This document shows positions 61,061-64,000 of a stretch of DNA of 64,000 bases, one piece after another. Every line of letters begins with the position of its first letter. The first letter of the stretch is position 1. A program made the position numbers and the translations under genes. A model generated the notes under the pieces. That model searched no databases, had not been told where the DNA came from, and saw only the letters and a list, made by a program, of their open reading frames with translations. The DNA comes from Arcobacteraceae bacterium (GTDB taxonomy: Bacteria; Campylobacterota; Campylobacteria; Campylobacterales; Arcobacteraceae), in assembly GCA_963662945.1 (NCBI GenBank), contig OY759974.1:224001-288000 (forward strand), read 5' to 3'.

Positions 61061-61357
61061 TCATAATAATTCCTGTTTAAGAATTTCAAGCTCTTTCCAT
61101 TTTTTTCTTGATAAAAATAAACTTTCTTTTAATTCTTGAATTGTGGTTTCTAAATGATTGATAATCATTTCTTTTTTAGATGATTTATGTTCACCAAAGA
61201 ACTTCTTGAAAAAATTATAACTTCTATCAATATAAAATTGTTCTTCTTCCTCTGAAATATGCACTAAATAGTCACTCTTTATTTGAATAGTATCTTTTAG
61301 TTGATTACCTTGATTTACAATGATATTTTGTTGCTTTTCTAATTCTGCTAAATTCAT
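61061..61357 (-). CDS. Hypothetical coiled-coil protein
   Basis: Start moved to MNLAELEK, just after the upstream small ORF. Confidence 0.55.
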   Translation of the reverse strand: MNLAELEKQQNIIVNQGNQLKDTIQIKSDYLVHISEEEEQFYIDRSYNFFKKFFGEHKSSKKEMIINHLETTIQELKESLFLSRKKWKELEILKQELL

Positions 61358-61367
61358 AATAAGTCTT

Positions 61368-61544
61368 TTATTGAAAGTCAATAGAATAGTTGATATTATC
61401 ATCACTATGTATCATATTTAAAGCTTTATCATATGCAATATTACAAGCTTCATCCCAATCATCAGCATCTACTTCAATTTCTTCAAAGGCATAAGGCATA
61501 TTTTTATCAAAATCTTCATCATACCAAACTATTTCTACTCTCAT
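61368..61544 (-). CDS. Small highly acidic protein, 58 aa
   Basis: Not in the ORF track; AAGGAG RBS; MRVEIVWYDEDFDKNMPYAFEEIEVDADDWDEACNIAYDKALNMIHSDDNINYSIDFQ. Confidence 0.7.
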   Translation of the reverse strand: MRVEIVWYDEDFDKNMPYAFEEIEVDADDWDEACNIAYDKALNMIHSDDNINYSIDFQ

Positions 61545-61584
61545 AATTTACTCCTTTTAGATATTTTTATAAATAAAATCCCTT

Positions 61585-61992
61585 TTAAAAAGGAACTTTA
61601 TCTGCACTTTTTTCTGCTTCTATTTGTTCATTAATAATTTGAGATAACATCTTTTCTTGAACATTATCTTCAACTAATTGTTGTCTGTTATATACTGTGT
61701 AATATCTTACTGTTTCATCTTTCTTAGTAAATAATTGAACTCCATATTGTTTATCATCTTTGAATGTTAAATCCATTTCATCCATATCTTTTTGAGTTAG
61801 CCAAGTATTATCTGAATAGTTTTCTTTTTTAGCTCTCAAATCTAATAATTTTAAATTTAAACCTTTATATTCATTACCTTTAATACTTGTATGTACTTCT
61901 ATGTTACTATTGTGATTAGATACACTTATAATTGCTCTTTTGTAAATATCATTGATATTAAAAGTCTTTGCTGTTTTAGTTGTTGTTGTCAT
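61585..61992 (-). CDS. ArdC N-terminal (ssDNA-binding)-like protein
   Basis: GNEYKGLN...Y.D..WLT...YYTVYN..Q matches the ArdC-N pattern; no metalloprotease-like C-domain. Confidence 0.65.
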   Translation of the reverse strand: MTTTTKTAKTFNINDIYKRAIISVSNHNSNIEVHTSIKGNEYKGLNLKLLDLRAKKENYSDNTWLTQKDMDEMDLTFKDDKQYGVQLFTKKDETVRYYTVYNRQQLVEDNVQEKMLSQIINEQIEAEKSADKVPF

Positions 61993-62527
61993 TGTAATTT
62001 CCTTTTAAAAATGTTTTACCTTTTTTGAAGATTTTAAGAGGGTTTTGGATGATTTGTTTAAACTTTTAATTAAGTCAAAACATATCCCCTCTTTTTCTTA
62101 CTTCAAGGTTTTACCTCTTCAGTTAGTTTCAATCAGGCTTTGAAAATTAAATAGTCAATTTCATAACTTAGAATAAAATATAAATTAGAATAATTTTATT
62201 TATAGTATAAGTTTGTAAGGTGTAAGATTTGAATTGGAAAAGTTTGAAACTCACTTAGAGTTAAAATGTAGTAAGAATAAAAGAGATATATGTTTTCTTA
62301 ATGGTATGTAATAAAAAGTTTAAATTAATCACTGTTTATTGTGTTTGAATGTAATGAAAACTTATATTATTTGATCAAAGTTTAAATGCTAAGTATTTAT
62401 AATTTATGTTCTTGATAAAATACCTTGAAATTTTTTGTTTCTTTTACAAAAGAAATATTCATATTTAAAAAATATGAATAATGTTTTAATATATAAAAAA
62501 GGTAAATACCATTTATATATATTATTA
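61990..62527 (-). promoter_or_regulatory. Conserved upstream repeat with long stem-loop (Frpo/ssi-like), copy 2
   Basis: Arms at about 62051-62132 and 62244-62330. Confidence 0.7.
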
Positions 62528-62711
62528 TTACTCTATGTAAATGAAAAACACAAAAGGTTACAAAAATGCTATGAAGCATTTTTTCCACCATTTGATAAAT
62601 TTGTTATGGAATAATGAATTGATAAGTGTTTTGAACTTTATCTTTATATTCTTTCAACTGTAAAGTTTTTTTCATAAGGATAATTAAAGAGCTTGAAAAG
62701 TTTCAATAACT
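62494..62711. repeat. Non-coding repeat module, inverted copy
   Basis: Matches 43672-43827; 62665-62711 is close to the reverse complement of the start of copy B. Confidence 0.85.
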
Positions 62712-62824
62712 TCTTTGAAAGTTCAATATTATTCTTTATAGTTTTGTCTTTTTCTCCTAATCTTTTTATATAACATAATATGTTGATCAAATCAACAAAT
62801 TTAAAAAATAAAAGGATAAAAGTT

Positions 62825-63583
62825 ATGGATATAACTCAAGAAAACAAAAATGATACACCAAGTTATCAACAAGGTGATAGTGTATATTCTCAAAATAAAA
62901 CTGTAGAGGATAATAAATCTGTATTAGATAATGTTGAAAACAAATCATCTAACAATGAAATTGAAAATACTTATTCAAGAGTTGGTCAAGGTCATCAAGA
63001 TTTAAGAGGTAGTGAATCTGCACTTGATCAGGCAACTGCTGAAATGTTTGATAGATGGGAATCTGAAAGAGAAGCAAAAGATAATCCTGTTGCTGAAAAA
63101 AAAGAAGATAATGAAGTTACTATGAATCAATCTGATAAAACTGAAGCAAAAGATATTGAAAATACAAATAATTCAATTTCAAATGAACAAAGATCAAATA
63201 CTTTTGAAGATATTACAACAAAAGATTTTAATAATGATATTTCAAATGAATTAGATAAATCTGCAAATAAAAATGATTTTGAAAACACTTCAAATGAACA
63301 AACTGAAACTTCTCAAAGATCAAATACTTTTGAAGATATTACAACAAAAGATTTTAATAATGATATTTCAGAAGAATTAGATAAATTTGCAAAAAGAGAA
63401 GATTGGGGTGAAGAGGTATCTGAAAAGATAGCTGATAGTATTGAAAAAGAATTTGAACAAAAATCAGATAATGAAGATAAATTTAGTGCTTTAAATGATG
63501 TTAAAGTTGCTGAAGAATCAATTGAAAAAATTGATAATGAAGCACAAAAAGAAAATAATTCAGAAATGGTTATGAGTAGATAA
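62825..63583 (+). CDS. Acidic low-complexity protein with an internal duplication
   Basis: RBS before MDITQ; QRSNTFEDITTKDFNNDIS.ELDK twice; ends VMSR. Confidence 0.7.
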   Translation: MDITQENKNDTPSYQQGDSVYSQNKTVEDNKSVLDNVENKSSNNEIENTYSRVGQGHQDLRGSESALDQATAEMFDRWESEREAKDNPVAEKKEDNEVTMNQSDKTEAKDIENTNNSISNEQRSNTFEDITTKDFNNDISNELDKSANKNDFENTSNEQTETSQRSNTFEDITTKDFNNDISEELDKFAKREDWGEEVSEKIADSIEKEFEQKSDNEDKFSALNDVKVAEESIEKIDNEAQKENNSEMVMSR

Positions 63584-63601
63584 ATATAAGGGATTTTACC
63601 C

Positions 63602-64000
63602 TTATATTACTTTTAGTAAATCTTTTTTCAATCCAAACATATCTTTATACATTTTCAAATAAATTTTATACATTTCATTATGTGGTTGATACATTTCAGT
63701 TAAAAATTTTCTATAAATATTTTCAATTTTATTGTATTCTAAATTATATTTATATTCTAATTCATCTTTAGTTAATGAATGAATATCAAATAAAAGACTT
63801 TTCTTATTTTCTCTTGCTATTAACTTAACATATGGTTTGCAACCTGTTAAAGCAATTCTCAATGATATTTTTTTTGTTCTAATTTTATATTGTTTAAAAT
63901 TCTCAACAAATTCATTTAATAAAGGTAATCCTTTTATATTAAATAAGTTTTTAAAAAAATTGTTTTGAGCTATAAAATCAATCTTAAAATTATACAACAT
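63602..64000 (-). CDS. 3' part of a hypothetical protein (cut by the window end)
   Basis: Open frame to the window edge. Confidence 0.55.
   Translation of the reverse strand: MLYNFKIDFIAQNNFFKNLFNIKGLPLLNEFVENFKQYKIRTKKISLRIALTGCKPYVKLIARENKKSLLFDIHSLTKDELEYKYNLEYNKIENIYRKFLTEMYQPHNEMYKIYLKMYKDMFGLKKDLLKVI

Larger units (their letters stand above)
38047..64000. mobile_element. Integrated plasmid/ICE-like element (left part; continues beyond the window)
   Basis: Integrase at the border, Rep plus iterons, MOBF relaxase, ArdA, abrupt change in oligonucleotide usage; left boundary approximate. Confidence 0.9.

Noticed and set aside
43204-62591. ORFs 43204, 45609, 49281, 49787, 55137 and 62397
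   Set aside because: Antisense shadows, or frames running through non-coding repeats without an RBS
38047-64000. Prophage
   Set aside because: No terminase, capsid, tail or lysis genes; rep, relaxase and ardA point to a plasmid/ICE

Overview
AT-rich DNA that looks like Campylobacterota (Arcobacter-like; inferred from gene content). It has two parts. (1) 1-~38050 is host chromosome: SDR/MarR, lipoproteins, an atypical soluble ClpB/FtsH-like AAA-M41 protein, upp, a MoxR-type AAA and vWA pair split by a chemoreceptor, cobT-cobU-cobS and cobQ, a DHC/cytochrome b/two-component cluster with a frameshifted SHP-like gene, a PAS-GGDEF-EAL protein, an RND permease, a small defence/TA islet (RelE TA, Hachiman-like hamAB, decayed parE), fur, bamD, lon and a rhomboid protease. 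(2) ~38050 to beyond 64000 is the left part of an integrated plasmid/ICE-like element. It carries a tyrosine integrase with arm-like repeats, an iteron-bearing 288-bp tandem array with a Rep_3-like initiator, a MOBF relaxase-helicase with a ~300-aa insertion, an HD-GYP protein, pentapeptide proteins, a family of secreted paralogues, ArdA and an ArdC-N-like gene. The most striking signal is compositional. On manual reading the ~26 kb element has no CG dinucleotide and no CTAG, while TGATCA is strongly enriched. It also has two covarying ~290-nt stem-loops in front of its anti-restriction genes (ssDNA-promoter-like) and a reused set of non-coding modules. All counts are by eye and need computational confirmation.
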